Source: an uncultured virus (IMG/VR IMGVR_UViG_3300019373_000270)
Lineage: Duplodnaviria > Heunggongvirae > Uroviricota > Caudoviricetes
Strand: one strand, 5' to 3'
Length of the DNA: 64,000 bases
Virus record (IMG/VR): IMGVR_UViG_3300019373_000270
In this document: positions 10,442 through 19,755 of the stretch, piece after piece
Numbering within the stretch: the stretch's first letter is position 1
Layout: each line of letters opens with the position of its first letter
Notes under the pieces: generated by a model
The model's input: only the letters and a program-made list of their open reading frames with translations
What the model was told of the DNA's origin: nothing
Databases searched by the model: none
Made by a program: the position numbers and the translations under genes

Positions 10442-11377
10442 ATGGATAACAGAAAGTCTACTTTTGAGTATTTGAGAATACTTAAGGAATTTTCTCAAAT
10501 ACTCAAGAATCAAAGTTATGATGGAAACACTACAAGAATCCCTACATATTGGATGGTTCAGAAGAAAGAAAGAGTTTGGCATATCGATCCGTATGAGGCT
10601 AATGGTGTGCTGATGGGTTTCTGTGACGAACCTAAGGTCTCGGTAGAGGAGTTTAAGGAAATAGTCGAAAGTAAGATCAAAGAGAGCTTTGAAGATCCGG
10701 ATAAGGTCGCTGATTACTGTGACGAGCTGAAGGGTCTTAAGGAGTTTGATGATATCAAGGAATTTTGTGATGACATCAAGGACTACTATGCCTTTGGTAG
10801 CGAGTGGGAAGTTGAAGTCTTAGGTTATAACATCGAGTGGCGTGACATTAAAAATGAAATGTTCTTGACAAAGCGAGATGCAAAAGAATATATCCGTAAG
10901 TTTCACTACAAGTATAGTGAAGACGAAAAACCTTTGCGAACATACGCTTATGTAGCTGAGAATTCGCCGGATCTTTCTTCATTGATAGACGCTTTGAAAA
11001 ATATAAACTGGGATAACATTCAAACAAGTGATTCTGATGATTTTACGAAACCTAATGAAAAAAGGGACCTAATAAGAGTAACAGACCAGTATGGTGATGA
11101 ATTTGGCATAAGAATTCCTGTTAATATAGATATATCTAAAGTAAAGTTCTGGCTAAAAGATGTTGTAACTGATAATATCCCATGGGCGTTCAAACCTGTT
11201 GATCGTATTACATCTAGCGAATACAGTTATCATCTGATGATGTATCCTGAAACTAATGATGAATTTGAAATCTTAATGCCTCAGGCTTTTTCGGAAAGAA
11301 CTGACGATGCTATCTATGAGTGGGTGGAAGAAAGGTTCAAAGACACCAACTATATCGTTATCCACGACGATAAGTGA
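10442..11377 (+). CDS. hypothetical phage/plasmid protein
   Basis: GGAGG RBS; long ORF. Confidence 0.75.
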   Translation: MDNRKSTFEYLRILKEFSQILKNQSYDGNTTRIPTYWMVQKKERVWHIDPYEANGVLMGFCDEPKVSVEEFKEIVESKIKESFEDPDKVADYCDELKGLKEFDDIKEFCDDIKDYYAFGSEWEVEVLGYNIEWRDIKNEMFLTKRDAKEYIRKFHYKYSEDEKPLRTYAYVAENSPDLSSLIDALKNINWDNIQTSDSDDFTKPNEKRDLIRVTDQYGDEFGIRIPVNIDISKVKFWLKDVVTDNIPWAFKPVDRITSSEYSYHLMMYPETNDEFEILMPQAFSERTDDAIYEWVEERFKDTNYIVIHDDK

Positions 11378-11417
11378 ATGTAATTCAGTTTTGCAGCTCT
11401 GCTTTTTGCAGGGCTGT

Positions 11418-11477
11418 TTTTATTGTTATATTTTTTCTATTATAATTTATACAGGATTTAGTATTGATAACTTGGAG
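11418..11477 (+). promoter_or_regulatory. element-type promoter plus leader box
   Basis: TTTTAT-17-TATAAT(11441); TGATAACTTGGAG at 11465; terminator at 11394-11421. Confidence 0.75.
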
Positions 11478-11523
11478 TTTTACTAAATCACTCTACTGTA
11501 ATATATAAGGAGGAAGATTTATA

Positions 11524-12141
11524 ATGGGATGGACAGGAACTACCGCAACATTCTATAAGTACAGAAACGGAAGGAGAACAGTAGACGTAAAAACTGAGTG
11601 TGATGCTCTGTGGTCACATGATAATGGAAGATTTAAGGTAATGAAGTCGGCAATGATCGGCAGCACTTACTATGCTGCTATACAGATTTGTAAGAATTAT
11701 CCTGAAGGAACTACCGAGCATAAGAGTGAAAACCTAGTGGAGATTCCTGAGGATAAAAGAGAAACCTTTGGAGTAGTCATCCTGACTTCTGTAGACATGA
11801 AAGATTATTTTAACTTCAGTTACAAGGAGATAGATGAAACAATGGGTCCATGCGAGGATCATTGCCCTATCGGAATTATTAACCTACTGACTCCAACGAC
11901 AAGTGAGTGGGCCAATCAGTGGAGAGACAGGTGTAGAGAATATGCCAAAAGTAAGAACTCACCTAACAGTCTTTCTAAAGTTCCGATCGGAACAAAGATA
12001 AGATTCACCGAAAATGGAAAAGAAATCATTCTTGAGAAGAGAGCGCCCGCTTATCAGTTCAAAACGCCTTGGTGGTATGAAGCTGCCAGCGGATGCTACT
12101 GTGCTAAAAAGAGGCTTCCGAAGGAATATGAAATAATATAG
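11524..12141 (+). CDS. DUF6927-like mobile-element protein
   Basis: MGW start; YYAA; FSYKEIDETMGP...CP..IINLL.P....A.QWR..C. Confidence 0.65.
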   Translation: MGWTGTTATFYKYRNGRRTVDVKTECDALWSHDNGRFKVMKSAMIGSTYYAAIQICKNYPEGTTEHKSENLVEIPEDKRETFGVVILTSVDMKDYFNFSYKEIDETMGPCEDHCPIGIINLLTPTTSEWANQWRDRCREYAKSKNSPNSLSKVPIGTKIRFTENGKEIILEKRAPAYQFKTPWWYEAASGCYCAKKRLPKEYEII

Positions 12142-12153
12142 GAGAAAATTACA

Positions 12154-12297
12154 ATGTATAAAATTAAGCTCATTTTCAATAACGGAACTGCTGAATATCA
12201 TGGCAGTTATGATAATTACGAAGCAGCATGCAGCGATGCATACAATCTCTTTGCAGAAAATCTGCACAGAGGAGCATATGGCTTTAAAGTGATTTAG
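12154..12297 (+). CDS. 47-aa small protein (not in ORF track)
   Basis: AGGAG RBS; MYKIKLIFNNG...GAYGFKVI; terminator follows. Confidence 0.65.
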   Translation: MYKIKLIFNNGTAEYHGSYDNYEAACSDAYNLFAENLHRGAYGFKVI

Positions 12298-12327
12298 TAA
12301 TTACAAGCCTCGCTATTGCGGGGCTTT

Positions 12328-12387
12328 TTTTATCAAAATACGTTTTCTTCTATAATTATGACAGATTACAATAATTGATAATCGGAG
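12328..12387 (+). promoter_or_regulatory. element-type promoter plus leader box
   Basis: TTTTAT-17-TATAAT(12351); TGATAATCGGAG at 12376. Confidence 0.75.
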
Positions 12388-12416
12388 TCTAAAATTGAGT
12401 CAAAAAGGAGATTATT

Positions 12417-12626
12417 ATGTATTTTATCATGAACGACTACTCTGAATCCGAAATATTTATATGCAGATTCAGAAATGCTGACGAAAACATTGCTTTTCCA
12501 AAAGAGATCAGCAACAACAATTATATCGTAGCAAAGGGTTGTTTCCAAACATACGAAAGTGCGAGGATCAAAGCTATATCTGAAGCATATAATTCCAATT
12601 GGTGTTACAATCCTGAAAGATATTAA
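12417..12626 (+). CDS. hypothetical protein
   Basis: AAGGAG RBS. Confidence 0.65.
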   Translation: MYFIMNDYSESEIFICRFRNADENIAFPKEISNNNYIVAKGCFQTYESARIKAISEAYNSNWCYNPERY

Positions 12627-12641
12627 ATTTGAGGTGAAAAA

Positions 12642-13667
12642 ATGTCAACGAGAATTTATAATGGTTACAAAATGAAAAACCTTTCGATGGGCGATATGGT
12701 CAGTTTTATTAATGAGTTAAGAAACATTACTCAAACTGATTTTTATGATTTTTACTGTAACTGCGTTGTGAAAAGATGCTGCGGTCTTATTTCGGCTTTG
12801 ACAAGGTATAACAGCGAATTTGACGGTTCCGAAGAAAAAATCCAAAAAACTGAAAAGTTGCTGAAATCATGGTATTTTAGCGGACTATCTCACGAAAGAC
12901 TGTATATGGAAAGAGAAATCGATATTGAAAAAATTATTGATAAATTATCATTTCCGTTTGTAGGAGGGATCCTGAATGCTGTGGTCAACACTTTCAAAAC
13001 TGAACACGAATGGACGGAATACTTCCTGTATGATCTAAGATCGAGTATTGCTTTTTTTGAAAATGACAAGAATTCTATTTTATTCATTCCTTACGGCAGC
13101 AATTTTATTAAAGTTCTGTCCGATACACTAAGTAAAAATCCTGATTTTACTAAAAAATACAGTATAATAGAATACGGATACTGGAACAATACCGATCATC
13201 CGGAAGAAATCACAGAAGAAGAATGGGCGGAGCGAGAAAAATCTTGGGATAGAGCATTTAAGAACTCGCTTACGGCTGCACAATGCGCTCTTTGTACGAC
13301 AGATGTTTATGAACCGAGTAATTTGTACTCGATCTTCAGTATGGCGTCTGACGGAAGAAATATAACGATAAATAAGATGATGCCGCCGATCGAAGAAATA
13401 TTACTAAAAGAAGCCGAAAACATGACGGTAGATGAACTGTGTAAGAATGATCAGAGATACGAACCTGATCAACACTCGGGGAAGAATTACAAGATAGCAC
13501 TTGAATACCACGAAAAAATACAAAATAATGATGAAAAATTAAAGGAAATGGTGCAGGATAAAGCAAACGTACTGCTTCGTTTCATAACGGATACGGATGA
13601 AATACTTTCAAAAAACATACTGGATTTTTTACCCAATTATATCGATTACAAAAAGAAACATTCGTGA
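12642..13667 (+). CDS. hypothetical protein (possible paralogue of 38748-39623)
   Basis: GAGGTG RBS; 341 aa. Confidence 0.8.
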   Translation: MSTRIYNGYKMKNLSMGDMVSFINELRNITQTDFYDFYCNCVVKRCCGLISALTRYNSEFDGSEEKIQKTEKLLKSWYFSGLSHERLYMEREIDIEKIIDKLSFPFVGGILNAVVNTFKTEHEWTEYFLYDLRSSIAFFENDKNSILFIPYGSNFIKVLSDTLSKNPDFTKKYSIIEYGYWNNTDHPEEITEEEWAEREKSWDRAFKNSLTAAQCALCTTDVYEPSNLYSIFSMASDGRNITINKMMPPIEEILLKEAENMTVDELCKNDQRYEPDQHSGKNYKIALEYHEKIQNNDEKLKEMVQDKANVLLRFITDTDEILSKNILDFLPNYIDYKKKHS

Positions 13668-13706
13668 AAATGATAGTTGGCTCAAAAAGCTCGTGTAAAC
13701 GGGCTT

Positions 13707-13765
13707 TTTTATTGAATAAGATTTTCATGTATAATTATTGTAGTATTTTTATACGATAAATGGAG
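13707..13765 (+). promoter_or_regulatory. element-type promoter plus leader box
   Basis: TTTTAT-17-TATAAT(13730); CGATAAATGGAG at 13754. Confidence 0.75.
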
Positions 13766-13806
13766 TTTATTATTCAAAAAAATCATAATTTATAAGGAGG
13801 ATAAAA

Positions 13807-14526
13807 ATGATTAAATTTGGTATCACAGAAGCAGGAGATGCCGGCCTAGATTACAGCTGGGCAAACAAACTTTTAGATGGTAATATAATCATCACCAAAC
13901 ATCTTACTGCACAAAACGACATTATTGAATTACTTTTGAAAAATAAAAACAAGATCATTCTTCATGTGACCTGCACAGGCTATGGAGGTACGAAAATGGA
14001 ACCGAACGTTCCAAAGCCTCAAGAAGTATATAATGGAGTAAAAGAACTTATTTCAAGAGGTTTTCCCGAGAAGCAGATAGTCTTAAGAACTGATCCTATA
14101 ATTCCTACTGAAGCAGGTCTTAAAAGAGTAGCCTGGGTATGGGAATTATTCTTTGATACAAACATTGATCGAGTCAGATATTCAGTAATAGACATGTATC
14201 CTCACACAAAAGAACGAATTCGAAAAGTGTTTGGAAAAGTCCCGTTTGAAACTTTTAAAGCACCTGAAGCCATGATGAGTGACGTAAGAGCGATGGTCGA
14301 AAGATATTCGAACTTTTACGATTTTGAAGCATGTGCCGAAGACCTTCCGGGGAAAATAGGCTGCATCAGCGAAAAAGACTATAAGATACTTGGTATCGAT
14401 GTTTTAGGCTTGAAAAGAGGGGGATATCAAAGAAATGGCTGCCTCTGCTGTGCCGGAAAGACTGAATTGCTTAACACGAAGAAAAGATGCCCTTCGGGGT
14501 GTCTTTACTGCTACTGGAAGGACTGA
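13807..14526 (+). CDS. DUF1848-like / spore-photoproduct-lyase-related Fe-S protein
   Basis: TK...TGYG...EPNVP, RTDPII and C-terminal CLC...CPSGCLYCYW. Confidence 0.65.
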   Translation: MIKFGITEAGDAGLDYSWANKLLDGNIIITKHLTAQNDIIELLLKNKNKIILHVTCTGYGGTKMEPNVPKPQEVYNGVKELISRGFPEKQIVLRTDPIIPTEAGLKRVAWVWELFFDTNIDRVRYSVIDMYPHTKERIRKVFGKVPFETFKAPEAMMSDVRAMVERYSNFYDFEACAEDLPGKIGCISEKDYKILGIDVLGLKRGGYQRNGCLCCAGKTELLNTKKRCPSGCLYCYWKD

Positions 14527-14529
14527 AAT

Positions 14530-14820
14530 ATGGGCTTAAAAAAAGTATCAGGTAAAGTTAGAATGACGGAGAAGGAAGAACTTCATTACAGAGAGTCTGT
14601 ATGTTTTGATTGTCCTTATTTCCGAGGTTTTTATCAGGACGACCGCTATGAGGATCGAAAAATTCCACCTTATACACATTATGTATGTGCGAAATACATA
14701 GAAACGTATCCGTCTGTGGACATGATGCCAAAACGTGTATATGGTGATTGCTTCAGAAAAGCATTTTCGGGAGAGTGGATGTCACCAACATTTAATAATA
14801 AAAAGGAGAATAAAAAATGA
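14530..14820 (+). CDS. hypothetical Cys-containing protein
   Basis: CFDCPYF; operonic. Confidence 0.6.
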   Translation: MGLKKVSGKVRMTEKEELHYRESVCFDCPYFRGFYQDDRYEDRKIPPYTHYVCAKYIETYPSVDMMPKRVYGDCFRKAFSGEWMSPTFNNKKENKK

Positions 14821-15152
14821 TGAACAGAACAATATCCAATATGCGTACTTACGCCTATGAATTGTACAAAATTCAGTGGCTGCAAAGAATTTCAACTGAG
14901 AGACATCTCGATGCTCTTAGAAACTATGTCGAAGAAGAGATCCCTGAAAAGTTTGAAATGTATGAAAACTTCGAAGAATACCTCGAAGAAAGAGGATTTG
15001 ACGGAGAAATATATAGCTGTTATGAAGAATTCATTGACAATGAATACAAAGATGAAGACTATATGAAAGAACTTTTCGATAACGAAAAGATCTTTAATTA
15101 TTATAAAAGCATTGATCCGGAGTTTGGTGAGAACGAAGATGAGCAGGAATAA
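14817..15152 (+). CDS. hypothetical acidic protein
   Basis: AAGGAG RBS. Confidence 0.75.
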   Translation: MMNRTISNMRTYAYELYKIQWLQRISTERHLDALRNYVEEEIPEKFEMYENFEEYLEERGFDGEIYSCYEEFIDNEYKDEDYMKELFDNEKIFNYYKSIDPEFGENEDEQE

Positions 15153-15873
15153 TATAAAAACGATCCTAAGTATAGACTTTGATTATTTTCAGGACGTGAC
15201 TCCTGAACTGCTGCGAGAATACCCGGACGGGATCGACGTTTCAACAGAACTTTCTACGGTGATCTGGAGCAGTAAATATTGTTTTAATGGAAAGAGATTA
15301 AAAGAAATAAAGCCTTTGTCGGAAGAGCTTCGCTTACTAAAAAAACTGATAAAAGCTCAGGATCCGCATACAAAAATTTTGATTTCTCAGAGTCATAAAG
15401 ATATTTACAAATGGATCCACGATAATGTAGCCGTCGGAGAAAAAATGTGTCTAATAAATATTGATATGCATCATGATATGTTTAATGAAAATAAACAGCT
15501 CGATTGTGGGAACTGGGTAAAATTTATTATGAACGAATATGGCAGAGAAAATATGGGGTTTAAATGGATCGCTAACCCGGTATCCTTCGAAATGTATGGA
15601 TTCGAAAAAAATGAAGAAGAATCTAAGTTGTTTCATTCCTATATAGGGACGAGCATCAATGATATCGGAATTGAAAAATTTGACATGATTTTCTTATGCA
15701 GATCAGACGCTTGGCTGCCACCGCATCTTGACGATGACTTCAATGATGTGGTAAAACTTATGATAGCTACTTCCTGCGAAGGGAAGATATGTTCAAATGT
15801 AGCTAAACCGAGAGATTATCAAAGATATATTGTTCAAATGGAAAATAGTATGACTCATTTAAGTGAATTATGA
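15139..15873 (+). CDS. UPF0489/arginase-fold-like metal-binding protein
   Basis: LSIDFDYF, SH, NIDMHHD, CGNWV and CRSDAWLPP motifs. Confidence 0.65.
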   Translation: MSRNNIKTILSIDFDYFQDVTPELLREYPDGIDVSTELSTVIWSSKYCFNGKRLKEIKPLSEELRLLKKLIKAQDPHTKILISQSHKDIYKWIHDNVAVGEKMCLINIDMHHDMFNENKQLDCGNWVKFIMNEYGRENMGFKWIANPVSFEMYGFEKNEEESKLFHSYIGTSINDIGIEKFDMIFLCRSDAWLPPHLDDDFNDVVKLMIATSCEGKICSNVAKPRDYQRYIVQMENSMTHLSEL

Positions 15874-15901
15874 TTTTTAGGCTTGCTTTTTAGCAGGCCT
15901 T

Positions 15902-15962
15902 TTTTATTTACCTAAAATTTCAGATATAATCAACATAGGATCTACTTATTGATAATTTGGAG
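15902..15962 (+). promoter_or_regulatory. element-type promoter plus leader box
   Basis: TTTTAT-17-TATAAT(15925); TGATAATTTGGAG at 15950. Confidence 0.75.
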
Positions 15963-16005
15963 TTATAAATAATTAGATTACTTTTATTTAAAGGAGAAAT
16001 GTAAT

Positions 16006-16647
16006 ATGCCAAACTGGTGCAGCACAACTTACAGATTCAGAGGAAGCAGGGAAGAACTTGACCTTCTTAGTAAAAAAATCGTAGAATGGACATCATCATC
16101 TACTATGAAAACTGATTTTGGGGATCCTTGGCTCGGTAATATCGTCATAGGAGCAGGATTTAAAGACCGAATCGATAATGCAGATCCATCACAAAACATC
16201 AGATGCAGAGGAACACTAACTGATATTAGCGATATAAGCTGTGATAACAACGGAGGTTTCTCATTTGATCTTTGGACGGAAACGGCTTGGGTTCCTATGG
16301 CAAAAATGTGGGAACTTGTAATTGAAACTTTAAAACTAAAAACGGTAGGCTTTACTTTTGTCGCAGAGGAGAGTGGTTGTGAAGTATACTGGATATATGA
16401 CCCTCATAACTACGGCGACTTTAAAGATGAAAAAGTCTACATTGACTCATACGGCAATAATAAAGCCGAAGAAATTGGCGGCTACTACACTGAAGAAACG
16501 GCTATAGAGACTTTGAACAAATTCTTTAAAACATCATTCAACAAACTCGATGATTTTTATCCTCTTTGTGAAGAGTATGAAGAAGAGAATGAGGATAGTT
16601 TTATCGGCATTCATGAATTTGAAATCGATAACGTTTTACAAGATTAA
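16006..16647 (+). CDS. DUF1281/YubB-like (MPNWC) mobile-element protein
   Basis: MPNWC start; ETAWVP...EESG motif. Confidence 0.6.
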   Translation: MPNWCSTTYRFRGSREELDLLSKKIVEWTSSSTMKTDFGDPWLGNIVIGAGFKDRIDNADPSQNIRCRGTLTDISDISCDNNGGFSFDLWTETAWVPMAKMWELVIETLKLKTVGFTFVAEESGCEVYWIYDPHNYGDFKDEKVYIDSYGNNKAEEIGGYYTEETAIETLNKFFKTSFNKLDDFYPLCEEYEEENEDSFIGIHEFEIDNVLQD

Positions 16648-16656
16648 GAGGAGGAA

Positions 16657-17031
16657 ATGACAATGAAACACCATGTTTATGTAAGTGATAATTACAATGC
16701 AGAAGATGTAACGGATTTTTATGTCGAAAGCGACGAATCACCCGAATGTATTGTCAAGGCGATTGCGCTGACAGCAATAGTTGATAATGATCTTTCTCCC
16801 GATGAGATCGAGAGCATCAGTTTTGATGCAATGAAAAATCATTATGGCGTACTTATCCAGTGTCGTGATCATCATATCATGGCATGGATGGCGGATGGCA
16901 TTGTTCCGGTTATGGAGATCGACCAGAACTATCTTGAACTTGCGGCAAATATCCCTTCTGATACTTTTTACGGCGATGAAAAAGAAATCGAAGAACTTCT
17001 TTCAAAAATCAATGACATAACGGAGGAATAA
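16657..17031 (+). CDS. hypothetical protein
   Basis: GAGGAGG RBS. Confidence 0.75.
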   Translation: MTMKHHVYVSDNYNAEDVTDFYVESDESPECIVKAIALTAIVDNDLSPDEIESISFDAMKNHYGVLIQCRDHHIMAWMADGIVPVMEIDQNYLELAANIPSDTFYGDEKEIEELLSKINDITEE

Positions 17032-17034
17032 TTT

Positions 17035-17319
17035 ATGGATATAACAAAAACAAACGGCGGGTATCTGATCAAAAGGGAAGGGGTGCCGAATATCTTTCTG
17101 AGTGACCAGGACGCATTTGAGATCATGGAAATTGTCAGAAGAAAATATCACCTTGAAGATGTAAAAGAAAAACTCAAAAACAATGAAAACATCGATGAAA
17201 CGAAAGTGACAGACGAAGAAATCGACGATATTTGTGATGAGTACGAAGATCGGCTCGGAGATGATGACTCCTGGAACTTTATTCTTGACAGTATTATAAA
17301 AGACAGATTAAAAGGATGA
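17035..17319 (+). CDS. hypothetical acidic protein
   Basis: GGAGG RBS. Confidence 0.75.
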   Translation: MDITKTNGGYLIKREGVPNIFLSDQDAFEIMEIVRRKYHLEDVKEKLKNNENIDETKVTDEEIDDICDEYEDRLGDDDSWNFILDSIIKDRLKG

Positions 17320-17326
17320 AGCAACA

Positions 17327-17659
17327 ATGAAATATAAAATTTTTCAAATGAAACATTCAGAACAAACACGAGGCATTATTTTTACTTCCTATGAAACAGC
17401 GATGATAAATAAACCTAACCTGTCATTGAAGGATTATGACATGGTTTATTCCGGAGACGGCGTATTAACGGTTAGAGACGACAGTGATGCACTTGATAAC
17501 CTGTATAATGTGTTTAATGTCAGACATCCGAATGACTTCAAAGGCCGCAGTATGAGCGTTTCAGACATCATCGATCTTGACGGAAGAATGTACTACGTTG
17601 AACCTTTTGGATACAAGAGGATCAGCGAAAACTTTAAAGAAATAACAGAGGGGAACTAA
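17327..17659 (+). CDS. YodL-like protein
   Basis: YKIFQ...YDMVYSG...LDNLYNVFN.RHPNDFKGRSMSVSDII...YYVEPFGY. Confidence 0.85.
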   Translation: MKYKIFQMKHSEQTRGIIFTSYETAMINKPNLSLKDYDMVYSGDGVLTVRDDSDALDNLYNVFNVRHPNDFKGRSMSVSDIIDLDGRMYYVEPFGYKRISENFKEITEGN

Positions 17660-18178
17660 ATGATGAAGAACTTTGCAATAGACATAAGAACTTGCACCGA
17701 AGAAGAAAAAACGAACCTGCTTGCCGAATTCAAGGGACAACTTATCGATATCTTTGAAGATTTTCTTGACAGGAAAGGAATTGTTATACCGAATACTGAA
17801 AGAGATGAAGACGAGGACCTTGATCCTGAGGAATCCGCAAATATTTATGGCAGTGATTATGATGAACTGGCTGACGGACTTATAAATGTTCTTGAACACT
17901 GGGGGCTTATGAAATCTGAGATAACTGTAAACACTCCTGCGGGACAGCTTGTAGCTTATGCAGATACCACTTCAGCCGGAATAATGCTTCGTCCGATGGA
18001 TTACGACCAGGACATTGATGTAGCGTTAGCTGAAGTTCAGAGCGAAGAGCTGCGAAACGGGACAGATATCGGAGAGAACGATGTAGTTTGTTATAAATGG
18101 GATGATCCATTCACAGAAGATTATACCCAAAAAACAATTCTTCGCAGAAAGGATATTGAGCAGGCCTTAAAAGAATAA
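17660..18178 (+). CDS. hypothetical acidic protein
   Basis: Coupled ORF; terminator at 18188-18218. Confidence 0.75.
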   Translation: MMKNFAIDIRTCTEEEKTNLLAEFKGQLIDIFEDFLDRKGIVIPNTERDEDEDLDPEESANIYGSDYDELADGLINVLEHWGLMKSEITVNTPAGQLVAYADTTSAGIMLRPMDYDQDIDVALAEVQSEELRNGTDIGENDVVCYKWDDPFTEDYTQKTILRRKDIEQALKE

Positions 18179-18214
18179 AGTAATCTGATGCTCCCTGTTT
18201 TTGCAGGGAGCATT

Positions 18215-18274
18215 TTTTATGAAAAGGCATTTTCATATATAATAGAGATAGAGTATCTAATTGATAATCCGGAG
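18215..18274 (+). promoter_or_regulatory. element-type promoter plus leader box
   Basis: TTTTAT-17-TATAAT(18238); TGATAATCCGGAG at 18262. Confidence 0.75.
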
Positions 18275-18297
18275 TGAAAACAGTTAGGAGGATAATT

Positions 18298-18567
18298 ATG
18301 GAATTAAAGAAAACAATACTTGATTACGAACGAGCTATTGCTATCGCTGAGGAGTACATCAAGATCAAATGCGATTTCGAAAATCATCCCAATTGGGTGA
18401 TAGACGAGGTCGTTTTCAACACAAAACGAGATAAGTTAGTCGGTTTTATCTGGTTGCAAACCAGCCCCGGTAATTCACAGTTTGTGAAGAACTATCACTG
18501 TCCTTTAAAAAAATTTGAAGCATTCTATAAAAAAAGATTAAGGGGGAATAATTATGGCAAAGTATGA
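18298..18567 (+). CDS. hypothetical protein
   Basis: AGGAGG RBS. Confidence 0.7.
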   Translation: MELKKTILDYERAIAIAEEYIKIKCDFENHPNWVIDEVVFNTKRDKLVGFIWLQTSPGNSQFVKNYHCPLKKFEAFYKKRLRGNNYGKV

Positions 18568-18823
18568 TCCTGCGACTAAAAAGTATGTCTTGGATGATGG
18601 AACAGCTGTTCCGTCAAAAGAAATGACAAAATTGGTCAATATTTTTGAATTCAATAATCGAAAAGAAGAAATTTCGGATATGTATTCTTCAATTTTCAGA
18701 AAAGACATTGATGAACCACTTTTAAGTACAATAACCAAAAAATATATAGAAAAACTAAATAACGAAATACACGAATCCGATATATGTTATGAAACAATAA
18801 GGTCTATTATAAAGGAGGACTAA
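18554..18823 (+). CDS. hypothetical protein
   Basis: Operonic, with RBS. Confidence 0.7.
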   Translation: MAKYDPATKKYVLDDGTAVPSKEMTKLVNIFEFNNRKEEISDMYSSIFRKDIDEPLLSTITKKYIEKLNNEIHESDICYETIRSIIKED

Positions 18824-18827
18824 TTCT

Positions 18828-19103
18828 ATGAGAAACAATACAGCTAATGATAAAGAAAAATATTTCCGTGTGCCTGTTTATTATCAGGTGTGTGAGTATG
18901 TAACTGTAAAAGCAGATGATGAAGAAACGGCTCGTCAGTGGGTCGAGGAACATCAGGACAAGATCCCGACACATTTGACTCCTGAAACTTCGTATATAGA
19001 TGAATCTTTTGAGGTAGAACAGGACCCGAATTGTGTATACCCTGTTGACCCCAATACTATCGAAAAATACTATTCGGCAGATGAGGAGAATGAAAATGAA
19101 TAA
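18828..19103 (+). CDS. hypothetical acidic protein
   Basis: AAGGAGG RBS. Confidence 0.7.
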   Translation: MRNNTANDKEKYFRVPVYYQVCEYVTVKADDEETARQWVEEHQDKIPTHLTPETSYIDESFEVEQDPNCVYPVDPNTIEKYYSADEENENE

Positions 19104-19620
19104 AGTAATAATTGTAATAAATGGAAAAGGCGGCTGCGGAAAAGATACGCTCTGCAACTTTGCATCAGAAAAATATTTTACTCTCAATGTTTCGTCCATT
19201 GACCCTATAAAGAAAATGGCGAAGGTCATTGGCTGGGACGGAGGAAAAACATCAGAAGATAGAAAGTTTCTTGCCGATCTGAAGGCACTTGTTACACAGT
19301 ATAACGATGGTGCCAACGAATACATTCTTAAAAGAGCAAAGGATTTTGCTGATTTTCCCGAATATAAAATAATGTTCGTTCATATCCGTGAGCCTGATAT
19401 GATAGAACATTTCAAAGAAACAGTAAGGCATTGTATCCCCGATATTCCTGTCATTTCGCTTCTGATCCGAAGAAAAGACAAAGAATATATCGTTTACGGC
19501 AATAGAGCTGATGATGACGTAGAAAATTATCAGTACGATAAAGTTTTCGAAAACAACGAATCCATTACTACTGTAAAAAAGAATTTCCTGAAATTACTCG
19601 ATGAGATCCTGACTGACTAA
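19096..19620 (+). CDS. P-loop (deoxy)nucleoside monophosphate kinase-like protein
   Basis: VINGKGGCGKDT Walker A; GWDG.K...RKFL; HIREP. Confidence 0.7.
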   Translation: MNKVIIVINGKGGCGKDTLCNFASEKYFTLNVSSIDPIKKMAKVIGWDGGKTSEDRKFLADLKALVTQYNDGANEYILKRAKDFADFPEYKIMFVHIREPDMIEHFKETVRHCIPDIPVISLLIRRKDKEYIVYGNRADDDVENYQYDKVFENNESITTVKKNFLKLLDEILTD

Positions 19621-19674
19621 TGATTTACCCCTGCATACAGCAGGGGTTTTCTTTTTTATAAATGAATATTTTGG

Positions 19675-19734
19675 TTTTATTTACTTGTATTTTCCTTTAA
19701 AATAATTATAGCAATTATTCGTTGATAATTGGAG
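19675..19734 (+). promoter_or_regulatory. element-type promoter plus leader box
   Basis: TTTTAT-17-TAAAAT(19698); TGATAATTGGAG at 19723. Confidence 0.7.
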
Positions 19735-19755
19735 TTACTATAAAGGAGGATAATT

